Positions 31,173-39,855 of a stretch of 64,000 bases of DNA are shown piece by piece. Position 1 is the first letter of the stretch, and the number at the start of each line of letters is the position of its first letter. The stretch is taken from contig OZ244939.1 of assembly GCA_965222235.1 (NCBI GenBank), positions 248,585 to 312,584 of the forward strand, read 5' to 3'. Below the pieces are notes generated by a model, which was not told the DNA's origin, ran no database searches, and worked only from the letters and a program-made list of their open reading frames with translations. Source of the stretch: Minisyncoccota bacterium (GTDB lineage Bacteria > Patescibacteriota > Minisyncoccia > Phycocordibacterales > JABAAK01). The position numbers and the translations under genes are program-made.

Positions 31173-31641
31173 AGTGTGAAAGCGGGTTAGATAGGCGTAT
31201 GACCTTTGACTCCCTGAGGTCAAACGACCTTCCGAGCACGAACTCATCCTCATCACTATCTGACACTAGAATAAGTTGTAGAGGTGTAGTTACTTTGTGC
31301 CGGCTCTCAAGTGCTTTTAACAAGTAAGGAAGTACACTGATTTCAGACACTATGCATGTAGCACCGCTGTAGGTATACGCCTGAACTGTCCAGGGCAAAT
31401 CATACACTGATCCGCACACCAGCGGAATCCCAGTTAACATAGTGACTGAAAGAATTACAGGTTCTAGGTGTCTCTCGGGCGGCAGAAAACTAATAATTGC
31501 CTCCGGTCGGTTGGTATCTAAAAACAGTTTTAATTCTGGCCAAACCAAATCGTTCACCGAGACAATTTTAAGTGACCCGTCTGATTGTCTCACTGGTATC
31601 AGTTGCGGGACATCAGATTTTACCAACGAGTTACTGCCCAT
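31159..31641 (-). CDS. Truncated or degenerate paralog of the adjacent adenylate-forming enzyme
   Basis: GIPLVCGSVYDLPWTVQAYTYSGATCIVSEISVLPYL aligns by eye with GIEVMSIDPHQLSYCEELLQTETFDTLAASPSIATML; no P-loop. Confidence 0.5.
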   Translation of the reverse strand: MGSNSLVKSDVPQLIPVRQSDGSLKIVSVNDLVWPELKLFLDTNRPEAIISFLPPERHLEPVILSVTMLTGIPLVCGSVYDLPWTVQAYTYSGATCIVSEISVLPYLLKALESRHKVTTPLQLILVSDSDEDEFVLGRSFDLRESKVIRLSNPLSHYVSE

Positions 31642-31807
31642 AAAATCAAACTACAAACATTTTTAGATTATCCATTACTTATATACTAAAGGAATCCGCC
31701 GCATCCGGCAAAGAGCACTTCATCTGAATCGTCAGCACTCTCCAAGTACTCAAGGTAATCCATTGTACCGAGTACGTCACACTGTAGACTTGATTGAGCG
31801 ACGGTAT
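31640..31807 (+). repeat. About 170-bp direct repeat, copy A
   Basis: ATAAAATCAAACTACAAACATTTTTAGATTATCCATT...GATTGAGCGACGGTAT recurs at 34298-34474 with a few substitutions and one small indel. Confidence 0.9.
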
Positions 31808-31940
31808 CATCGGTGTTAGATGAAGAATATCCCAACAATGGAGCTGTTTGCTCAGCACTTATCCACTGCAAACCAAAAAACCCTAATACCACTACAACAA
31901 AAAATACAATGCACTCCACGATTGTCTTTGTTTTAGTCAT
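31686..31940 (-). CDS. Small exported acidic protein A (candidate precursor peptide)
   Basis: N-terminal TM, then TVAQSSLQCDVLGTMDYLEYLESADDSDEVLFAGCGGFL. Confidence 0.75.
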   Translation of the reverse strand: MTKTKTIVECIVFFVVVVLGFFGLQWISAEQTAPLLGYSSSNTDDTVAQSSLQCDVLGTMDYLEYLESADDSDEVLFAGCGGFL

Positions 31941-32039
31941 ATATATAGTATATCTATACAGTTCTGATTCTGGGAACGAAACTGGTCCAGACTGTGGATA
32001 ACCCGATTTTTGCTTGATTTCATAATCGCTTTCGAATCG

Positions 32040-32175
32040 TGTGGTCCGGTTCCACAGTTAAGTCATGAGATCTAAAATTATACTATCCTTCTTTGATATT
32101 ATAGACAAAAGATGCTTGATTAAGATTGATGGTTTCGTGTTTTGAATAATTCTTGAGCCAAAACATCCTGGAGGT
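32040..32175 (-). pseudogene. Decayed DNA methyltransferase (Mod-like) fragment
   Basis: Frameshifted LQDVLAQELFKT / KPSILIKHLLSIISKKDSIILD / GTG resembles F.TPKP..LI..LL.I..KDSIILDFFAGSGTT. Confidence 0.45.
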
Positions 32176-32506
32176 AAGGCAACTATAAGTACGCGACTAC
32201 TGCTTGTCTGTTACTGAACATATCTTGCACCTTTCACTTACCATTTCTTTTTCAATTTCTTTCCGCCGCCATTTCGCGCTCCGTGCGATTCAAAAGGCAA
32301 AAGAAATGGGTTGTGTGATCGGCACGGCAGAGCGAAGCGCATGGAGGAGCGGCACGGAACGAAGTGGAGTGTCACTCTGAAGCACTCCGACTGTTCCCGC
32401 GTGAAAGAGCGGTGCCGAACGGGGCGAGTTGCCTGCTCGGAGTAAGTGGAGTGACCACGAGCCTCGTTTGAAATGTTCTCCGAATTTCAATGCACTGTCC
32501 GGCGAA

Positions 32507-34153
32507 TCACAAGATTCCTTGCCGGCGGATTGTATCGTAGGGAACAGTCTCTAAATTTTCCCGGTCAATTAAAATCCACGGATTGTGTCTTAATGGGTGA
32601 TACTCTACAGCACAAACATTGACCTCGTCCAACACCCGCCGATAAGGTTCCAAGTTAATGGCAATGTCCATGGTAAGCAATGCTGACTTGAGATTATTGT
32701 GCAAACACCGCTGCTTCAATACATACCATTGATAGTAAGGTCTGCAATACCCCATGCGTTCTTCTTCCCACCATTGAACGGATTCAGTGTTATCTTGATC
32801 ACGAATAGAGGTGGTAATGTAACACCAAGGCAACGCCTGAAACATATGCAGACCAAAACGGACTCCTTCACGGGTGAGTCGTGAATCGCCCGGTATGACA
32901 AGAGAGACACTCTGCCCCAGGATTAATAAGGCAGTTAACCCGATGATGATAATTTGATGCAGGCGTTTTGCGGGCCAATGTATAGGACATTCGTGTCCCA
33001 GGAACACAATAAGTAGTATCACCACAGCTACCGCCGGAAAGAAATATTGAATTAATACGACCGAATAAATATGAAATATGAACAATGCGCCGATCGCAAT
33101 ATATCGTAACGGTTTTTTACTCAACAATAACCAAATGATGCCCCCATGTATGGCTATGACTGTTAAGGCAAGTGGTGTGTGCAATTGGTCACCGACGATC
33201 GGGAGTCCCAGGTCAAGTGATTTAAATATTTCCCCCCCCCCCAACCACGAATCGTTCATTTTAGAGCTTAGTGATAAGATATAGGTCATCATAAGCACCC
33301 ATCCCACGGTCATAATTTTATTTGGCAAAAACAGAAGAATGAAATTGATTATGCAAACATAAAACATCACATGGCCATAGTAAAAATCATTATGGGTTAA
33401 CAATCCCACCAGGACTATGTGCCACACTGCAGGTACCAACAGCAGCATGTGTCCCAAAACCAGACGGCGCGAAAGCACGGCAACCAGGGCTCCGGAGAGA
33501 AATAGCATCAACACAATACTCCAGATGTGATATCCGTACTCTGAAAAAATATAATATTCATAACAATTTTGAAACCAGATGGGACAGATGTACTCCCCAA
33601 CCTGCAAAGGAGTGACGATTGATAGGGCTGGGTTTTTCAGGGCAAAAACTAAAAATGCAATTGAAGCGATTAATAGGTACGGTGCCAATTGACTGTTTTT
33701 AAACTCATGTACACTAAACAGTCGTTCGTATCCGGTAAAATATTTACGGAATGGCGACACATTCAACATGACACGTTGACCGATAGTTTTGACAAGTAGC
33801 CACAAACCGACACCCAGTACAAACCAATGAAGGTATGTATGTTCAAGGCTGGTATGTATAGTGGGATCTATGTAGCCCAGAAAAGCGGTGATAATTGACG
33901 GCAGCAAGAGTAACCATGCTGTTGTTGTATAACCACGATACATCTGTATGCCGCTGAGGAGAAACAATAATAACAACCCCGCGTACAAATACATAAAGGA
34001 ATAGCCCACCGGCTGTATAGTCAAATCGGACCCTAATATTGCTTTGCTGACATAGGGGGACTCAAGGATAACGAATGCTGTGATCAATGTCGTCCAATAT
34101 ATGACTGTGCCGGTCTGTTTGGTCAGGATGTGCTTTATGATATACATCGGCAT
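32507..34153 (-). CDS. Vitamin-K-dependent gamma-carboxylase-like / HTTM-domain membrane protein
   Basis: YILSLSSKMNDSWLG (cf. YFxAGxxKLxxDW), FHIYSV..FFP, PGDSRLTREGVRFGLHMF (cf. PG..WTEEG.RFSW.M), IAINLEPYRRVLD..EYHPLRHNPWIL (cf. SLNGR..QR.VD..W.PF....WI). Confidence 0.78.
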   Translation of the reverse strand: MPMYIIKHILTKQTGTVIYWTTLITAFVILESPYVSKAILGSDLTIQPVGYSFMYLYAGLLLLFLLSGIQMYRGYTTTAWLLLLPSIITAFLGYIDPTIHTSLEHTYLHWFVLGVGLWLLVKTIGQRVMLNVSPFRKYFTGYERLFSVHEFKNSQLAPYLLIASIAFLVFALKNPALSIVTPLQVGEYICPIWFQNCYEYYIFSEYGYHIWSIVLMLFLSGALVAVLSRRLVLGHMLLLVPAVWHIVLVGLLTHNDFYYGHVMFYVCIINFILLFLPNKIMTVGWVLMMTYILSLSSKMNDSWLGGGEIFKSLDLGLPIVGDQLHTPLALTVIAIHGGIIWLLLSKKPLRYIAIGALFIFHIYSVVLIQYFFPAVAVVILLIVFLGHECPIHWPAKRLHQIIIIGLTALLILGQSVSLVIPGDSRLTREGVRFGLHMFQALPWCYITTSIRDQDNTESVQWWEEERMGYCRPYYQWYVLKQRCLHNNLKSALLTMDIAINLEPYRRVLDEVNVCAVEYHPLRHNPWILIDRENLETVPYDTIRRQGIL

Positions 34154-34297
34154 ATCTGTAAAAAGTATTCATGATGGATGACATGTGTACTCCGTGTGTT
34201 TCCGAGGCAGGGTTCGTAATGAGTAATATACAATAGATTCGGTGGATACTGGATAGAATCCGAACATTTCGACAAAAAGTATCGTGACCACACACCA

Positions 34298-34474
34298 ATA
34301 AAATCAAACTACAAACATTTTTAGATTATCCATTGTTTATATACTATCATATATTAAAGGAACCTCCCGCATTCGGCAAAGAGCGCTTCATCTGAATCGT
34401 CAGCACTCCCCAAGTACTCAAGGTAGTCCGTTGTGCCGAGTACGTCACACTGTAGACTTGATTGAGCGACGGTA
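34298..34474 (+). repeat. About 170-bp direct repeat, copy B
   Basis: Matches 31640-31807. Confidence 0.9.
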
Positions 34475-34605
34475 TGTGTATCAGTAGAATCGGTGGATGA
34501 GTTAGAGAATTTGCCAGATCCTGAAAAGGCGGATGTCAACACCAGGAAATATATTGAGCTGATGAAAAATCTTGTAAAAATGAAACGCAAATGATATATA
34601 ACCAT
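34354..34605 (-). CDS. Small exported acidic protein B (paralog of A with a different N-terminus)
   Basis: Hydrophobic N-terminus, then TVAQSSLQCDVLGTTDYLEYLGSADDSDEALFAECGRFL; ATG at 34605. Confidence 0.6.
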   Translation of the reverse strand: MVIYHLRFIFTRFFISSIYFLVLTSAFSGSGKFSNSSTDSTDTHTVAQSSLQCDVLGTTDYLEYLGSADDSDEALFAECGRFL

Positions 34606-34663
34606 GACTACCAAAAAAGAGTGCTACCATTTCTGATAGCACTCCTCCGCTGATGCCGGCCCG

Positions 34664-35962
34664 TCAGAGCCCGATAACATTGCGCAAACGCTTCTCCTGC
34701 CGGAGACGAAGCTCGGCGTAGAGCAACGGATTCCGCATTGCGAGAATCTGCAGCGCCGCAAGGATGGCATTCTTGGGACTGAGAACGGTGGTAACCGGTG
34801 TCTCGCTCGGCGTACGAAGAGACGACCACACATCCTCGGGAAGTTCCCGCCACGTCGCGGGAACAGTGATTACTGGCACGGTACACTGAGCGGACAGGGT
34901 CGGTCCCGCACCGTTGCTCCTCCCGCAGTATACGATGACCACGGTATCAGGAACCTCTTGAACCAGTCGTCCGATCACCTCATAAGCCGTCACCGGATCC
35001 TTATGAAGCGAACAGGTTACCGTCTGCACACTGCACACCCCGTTCGCATCGTACGCCGCGAGCGCATCCTGAAACGGCTTCAGCTCATCGGATGCTGATG
35101 CCCGCCAAAGAATGATTCGCTGATGCGGCACGGTGAAACGCTCGGTCAGATTGGCTACCAGTCGGTAACTCGTGGTGACGGTATTGAGGTCAACGCCGTC
35201 GCGGTAGAGCTGCTTGTCAAGGTGCCGCTCGTGGTCAACCACCCGCCACGAATCGTTGTCGATCACGTCCGCGAGCACCAACTTGTCCTCCATGTTGGTG
35301 CCGAACTCCACCTTGAAGTCAACGAGCCGTCGCCCGACAATCCGCCACGCCTGCTCCAAAATGAGAAAGGCCTTGATGGCGATTTCGCCCATCCGTTCAA
35401 TATCTCCCGGTGAATTCCGCAGAGGAAAAGCATTAAGAGAACGGAACGGTGCCTGTTGATGGATCGGCCGATTGGGAAGGTATAAATCCGCATGATCCGA
35501 CTCAAAACGAATGAGTGGATCGTCCGTGGGAAGATCAGACCCCTCCCACGTCTTGCCGGAAGTCTTCAGGAAAAACTCCAACAGAAGACGCGGAAACACG
35601 TGACCCTTGTGGAGCCCCGGATGACGCTTGAGGAACGAGCCGTGTGCTTCACGCCGGACGACCACCTCGTAGTGAATCATGTCGCACCGCTCCGAGAGAA
35701 AGCTCGTCTCGTTCAGCTCCTGAATGAACGCGACAGGGAGACGGTCCGACACCTTGAGCAAACGGAACACATTCGATGTGGTGCGGTTCGAAAGTGCCGC
35801 CTTGCCGGTGATAACATCGCGCTTGGCGCCGTCGCCGGCAGTCACGTCGTCCTTGGACTCGATAATCACCTGTCCGGACTTCTCCGTCGCGAAGACTTTC
35901 TTGGTCTTCCCTTCGGTCAACAACTCTCCGGCAACTACACCATTGTTCATTGCACTGGTCAT
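34664..35962 (-). CDS. purC: Bifunctional SAICAR synthetase / AIR carboxylase (PurC-PurE fusion, PAICS-type)
   Basis: EGKTK, SKDDVTAGDG, GKAALSN, LVDFKVEFG, LADVIDNDSWR, then GRSNGAGP and DVWSSLRTPS; SD AGGAGG. Confidence 0.9.
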   Translation of the reverse strand: MTSAMNNGVVAGELLTEGKTKKVFATEKSGQVIIESKDDVTAGDGAKRDVITGKAALSNRTTSNVFRLLKVSDRLPVAFIQELNETSFLSERCDMIHYEVVVRREAHGSFLKRHPGLHKGHVFPRLLLEFFLKTSGKTWEGSDLPTDDPLIRFESDHADLYLPNRPIHQQAPFRSLNAFPLRNSPGDIERMGEIAIKAFLILEQAWRIVGRRLVDFKVEFGTNMEDKLVLADVIDNDSWRVVDHERHLDKQLYRDGVDLNTVTTSYRLVANLTERFTVPHQRIILWRASASDELKPFQDALAAYDANGVCSVQTVTCSLHKDPVTAYEVIGRLVQEVPDTVVIVYCGRSNGAGPTLSAQCTVPVITVPATWRELPEDVWSSLRTPSETPVTTVLSPKNAILAALQILAMRNPLLYAELRLRQEKRLRNVIGL

Positions 35963-36600
35963 CGTTTCCTCCTTCTAAGGAAAAGAACTGGTAATCAATC
36001 CGCCCAATCTCCCACTGAAACGGGAGCAGTTGGATCTGCAATAAATAATACCAGAATTCCGTAAAAACACAACGAATTGATTATCAATAAAACTATAATG
36101 AAAGACAACTGATGGGAAAGCTCACTATTGTGCTTCAGCAACATTCAGATAATATTCATCATCTGTCGTTTGAAACAGACAGGTGCCTTTGCTTTGACTT
36201 GCTTTCCGTTGTCTTTCTCTTGAAGTACACCTTGGCTTTTGTGTTGCCGCGGGGCACCTTTCTCCTTTTTCAAACTGTTTTTTTGAGTTTTAATGCTATT
36301 CTCTATTGGAAACTTGGAAAGAAGAATGTATGGTATATTGCGAAACATAAAAAAACTCATGGAGGAACATTCCGTGAGATGAGACATCAAACGCGAAACA
36401 GAAAGGAGTCCGAGGGATACCATACCGTTTTCGGATTCTCCCATATGACATTAACGGAACGGAAGCCTGTGGCAGTAGTTGGTTCCGGCTCAACGGTGAA
36501 ACTGGGATCAAGGAAAACAGCACGAACGAACGGGGATACCGTGATACCGATACCCTCCGGTGCGGTGAGATACGCTTCGCCGGAGATTTATACTGTCCAG

Positions 36601-36684
36601 TGCCCAGGAGAGGACTTGAACCTCCACAGGATTACTCCTATACGCCCCTCAAGCGTACGCGTCTACCAATTCCGCCACCTGGGC
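36601..36684 (-). tRNA. tRNA-Leu(GAG)
   Basis: Same body as tRNA-Leu(CAG), with anticodon arm TACGC-TTGAGGG-GCGTA. Confidence 0.95.
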
Positions 36685-36731
36685 TCACCATGTTGTACAG
36701 TATGACACAAATGATGTGCAGAAAATATGTG

Positions 36732-37403
36732 TTACTTCCAGTAAATGGTGGGGGCTGTTATGCTGGAATCCTGAGGACCGGTCGGAAGCATATAGTGTGA
36801 AACGGGAGGTCTGCGCTGCGGCACATCTCCTTCCCCGGGCTGAACAGGCTGCTGCACGGACACACCGTCGCTTGTGGATGAGAATGAAGAAACAGTCCGC
36901 CTTGCGCTGAGCGCTGACGGCAATCCGGACGGCAGGGATGATGTTTGCGGTGCATCGGTTATGACCCGTTCTGTTGATGTCGGCTTGAGCTCTTTCTGTA
37001 TCTGTCTTGACTCAGTTTTGCGCTGTTCAATGATGTCACTTATTGATAATGTGTCGCCGGTATTCAGCTCGGACAGTGACGGCGAACGCCGATCCACCAG
37101 CGACGTTAACAGCTGAATATTCGGCAAATGTATAACTGTTCTGTCCGCCTGCTGCTTACGCGCTTCAAGCAGCATCCGAATGCGCTTCTCCACATCCGCT
37201 ATCCTCAGTTTCAGGTATGTGATGAGAACCTCACGCTCATCCGTCTGAACTTTAAGCGCGGAATCACCCGGTACTTTATAAACAGGAGAGGTGGCATGCG
37301 CAGGATGCACGGTGAACAACAACAGTACTGCCAATGAAAAAAAGGCGGTGTATCTGCATGCCATATTTTCAAACACCGCACCATTATTGTTAAATGAAAC
37401 CAT
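36732..37403 (-). CDS. Hypothetical exported protein
   Basis: Signal peptide ending PAHA, coiled coil, Ser/Pro-rich tail. Confidence 0.6.
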   Translation of the reverse strand: MVSFNNNGAVFENMACRYTAFFSLAVLLLFTVHPAHATSPVYKVPGDSALKVQTDEREVLITYLKLRIADVEKRIRMLLEARKQQADRTVIHLPNIQLLTSLVDRRSPSLSELNTGDTLSISDIIEQRKTESRQIQKELKPTSTERVITDAPQTSSLPSGLPSALSARRTVSSFSSTSDGVSVQQPVQPGEGDVPQRRPPVSHYMLPTGPQDSSITAPTIYWK

Positions 37404-37509
37404 ATACAGAATTATACACCCTTTTTAGGAGGATAAGGATTATCCACAATACCGGCAATACGGAACGCACCGGTCGCATTGTTCGTTACTTATGCTACAG
37501 TATTCAGTA

Positions 37510-38331
37510 ATGAACCCGACGCCAATCGCTCTCATATATGATTTTGACGGCACTCTCGCCACCGGCAACATGCAGGAGCACGGTTTCATCCCCTCTCTCG
37601 GCATTAATCAGGATGCATTCTGGCGTGAAGTCGAAGACACCGCCAAAGAAGGTGATATTGATCCCATACTCGTGTACATGCACCTCATGATTCGCGAAAG
37701 CGCGAAACGAAATATACCGATTACAAGACAGACGCTTCGGGGTCATGGAGAGAATCTGCCCCTTTTCCCCGGTGTCACCGAATGGTTTGATGCACTGAAC
37801 GCCTACCGGCCCGATGCAGATGTGCGGCACTATATCATCTCCTCCGGACTGCGCGAAATGATACACGGGCTGCCGATTGCCCGCAACTTCACCCGTATCT
37901 TCGCCTGCGACTTTATCTATAAAAATGACATTGCCGTCTCTCCCGGACTGGGTATAAACTACACAAACAAGACGCAGTTCCTTTTTCGTATCAACAAAGA
38001 CACGAATGATGTTTCCGACACCTCCATAGTCAATGCCGTGGTTGTCCCGGAAGACCGACCTCTTCCCTTTTCACATATGATATATATCGGCGACGGTCCG
38101 ACGGATATTCCGTGCTTCACGGTAATCCGCAAAAATGGCGGATACGGTATTGCGGTGCATGAAGCTGAACAGCAGCGCGCGAAAGAAACCTGTGAGCAGA
38201 TGCTTGATGACGGCCGCATACATCATATAGCGGAGGCTGACTATCGCACGGATAGGCGGCTGATGCGCGTGGTAAAGGGGATGATAGATATAATTTGCGC
38301 GCAGCAACGGATTTATGATGAGCGAGGATAA
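37510..38331 (+). CDS. HAD-superfamily hydrolase
   Basis: YDFDGTL, ISSG, KTQFLFRINK, YIGDGPTDIPC. Confidence 0.88.
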   Translation: MNPTPIALIYDFDGTLATGNMQEHGFIPSLGINQDAFWREVEDTAKEGDIDPILVYMHLMIRESAKRNIPITRQTLRGHGENLPLFPGVTEWFDALNAYRPDADVRHYIISSGLREMIHGLPIARNFTRIFACDFIYKNDIAVSPGLGINYTNKTQFLFRINKDTNDVSDTSIVNAVVVPEDRPLPFSHMIYIGDGPTDIPCFTVIRKNGGYGIAVHEAEQQRAKETCEQMLDDGRIHHIAEADYRTDRRLMRVVKGMIDIICAQQRIYDERG

Positions 38332-38357
38332 CCGTGCTATTTCCTGGACACTACCCC

Positions 38358-38888
38358 TTATCCACTCAAGTTCGGCAGTCCTATTTTTCGTAAAGGGAGA
38401 TGATTAAAATAGCAAGAACACCCTCGTATTGAGAGTATGTAATTCAGGACATCTTTATATTCTTCCTTTTTAAACCAATCATTGAGTATATAAATATATT
38501 CAACTTTCACCCTTAACTTTGAAAGCAGTTTTCTGTATTGTTTTACTTTAAAATCACATGTTTGCAATTTTTCATCTGTAGATCCGGATGTTCTTTGAAA
38601 CTTTATTTCTAAAATGAAAAAAGTGTTATTTTTTATCACAAAAATTGCATCATCAGGTAGTAATTTTTTGGTAATATATTTTCTATAATCTATACCCCTA
38701 CCTTTCAAATAGTCATATAGCCCGTGTTTTCTGAAAGATGTCGCAACATACTTTTCTTTGTAATGTATATCAATGTCATTCTTAATGGTGTATCCTTTTT
38801 GTTTTGAAAGGAAAGAAACAAGATCCACCTCTCCTTCAAAATACAAACCTGTCTTTGTGCTCTCGCCTCCTACACCACCGCGCCTCAT
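38358..38888 (-). CDS. Putative type II restriction endonuclease (PD-(D/E)xK)
   Basis: TGLYFE, LLPDDAIF, EIKFQ, GSTDEKLQTCDFK; overlaps the MTase stop; AT-rich. Confidence 0.7.
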   Translation of the reverse strand: MRRGGVGGESTKTGLYFEGEVDLVSFLSKQKGYTIKNDIDIHYKEKYVATSFRKHGLYDYLKGRGIDYRKYITKKLLPDDAIFVIKNNTFFILEIKFQRTSGSTDEKLQTCDFKVKQYRKLLSKLRVKVEYIYILNDWFKKEEYKDVLNYILSIRGCSCYFNHLPLRKIGLPNLSG

Positions 38889-39709
38889 AGTGCCAACTGT
38901 AAGGTCCCCACACAATCATTAAACCTACTTTTGCTTAATTCTAAATATTTTCGCTCTTTGTCAAAGCCGATAAATTTTCTCTTGTGGTTAAAAGCAGCAA
39001 TTCCTGTTGTGGAACTTCCTGCAAATGGATCTAACACAACATCTCCTTCGTTTGTACTCGCTAAAATAATTCTTTCCAACAAGTTAATCGGTTTTTGTGT
39101 CGGGTGTTTTCCGTGTTGTTTTTCATTGTTCCTCGGGGTGTTGATAGACCACACCGATCGCATCTGTTTTTTGGGTGTTTTCATCGTATCCCTGCTCCAA
39201 TCTCCTTCTTTCATAAGGGCATAATTAAACACTTGTTTACTTTTTTTATCTTTCTTTGCCCAAATTAATGTTTCGTGACTCGCAGTAAACATTCTGCAGG
39301 ATAAATTAGGCGAAGCATTCGGTTTGTACCATGCGACATCGTTGAGTATATGGTATCCTTCAAGCTGCAATGCAAAACCGCACTGATAAATAGAGTGATA
39401 AGTGCCGCTAATCCAGATGGTCCCGTTCGGTTTTAACACCCTCTTACAGGCACGGATCCAGTTTCTTTGAAATTCAAAATCTTTTTCTGTCCCCTTACTC
39501 TTATCCCACGATCCTTTGTTTACGCTAACTCTTTTACCTGCATGAACAGAGAAACCGTCATTAGACAAATTATACGGCGGATCTGCAAAAATAAGATCAA
39601 CGGAGTGCTCCGGTGTTTTGTCCAATAAATTTATGCAATCACCCTCATACAGAGTAAAATGAGGTGAATTTTCTTTATGAAAATATGGTTTTATGCCTGA
39701 AAGCCTCAT
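38885..39709 (-). CDS. N6-adenine/N4-cytosine DNA methyltransferase (beta class, DpnA-like)
   Basis: IFADPPYNLSN, KHPTQKP, VLDPFAGSSTTG. Confidence 0.92.
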   Translation of the reverse strand: MRLSGIKPYFHKENSPHFTLYEGDCINLLDKTPEHSVDLIFADPPYNLSNDGFSVHAGKRVSVNKGSWDKSKGTEKDFEFQRNWIRACKRVLKPNGTIWISGTYHSIYQCGFALQLEGYHILNDVAWYKPNASPNLSCRMFTASHETLIWAKKDKKSKQVFNYALMKEGDWSRDTMKTPKKQMRSVWSINTPRNNEKQHGKHPTQKPINLLERIILASTNEGDVVLDPFAGSSTTGIAAFNHKRKFIGFDKERKYLELSKSRFNDCVGTLQLAL

Positions 39710-39855
39710 ATATACAGTATATGGCAAATTTTGGATATATAGATTTGAAGGATGTGACAATTTGTGCACAATTTCTACGCCAAATCGTCTAAAACTCACT
39801 ATTCTTCTTTGCTTTCTTCTGTAAGATGTTTTATGCCCCCCTCTATCCACTCAAG

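Noticed and set aside
36112-36705. 197-aa plus-strand ORF and 99-aa minus-strand ORF
   Set aside because: The longer ORF overlaps tRNA-Leu antisense, and neither has recognisable motifs; probably decayed DNA
22980-37448. DnaA-box-like 9-mers (22980, 24170, 31993, 37440) as oriC
   Set aside because: Scattered singly over 14 kb with no dnaA/dnaN nearby; at most promoter-associated sites
38885-39709. Assigning GATC specificity to the R-M system
   Set aside because: The DpnA-like resemblance is by eye only and the endonuclease is not recognisably DpnII-like; needs REBASE or methylome data
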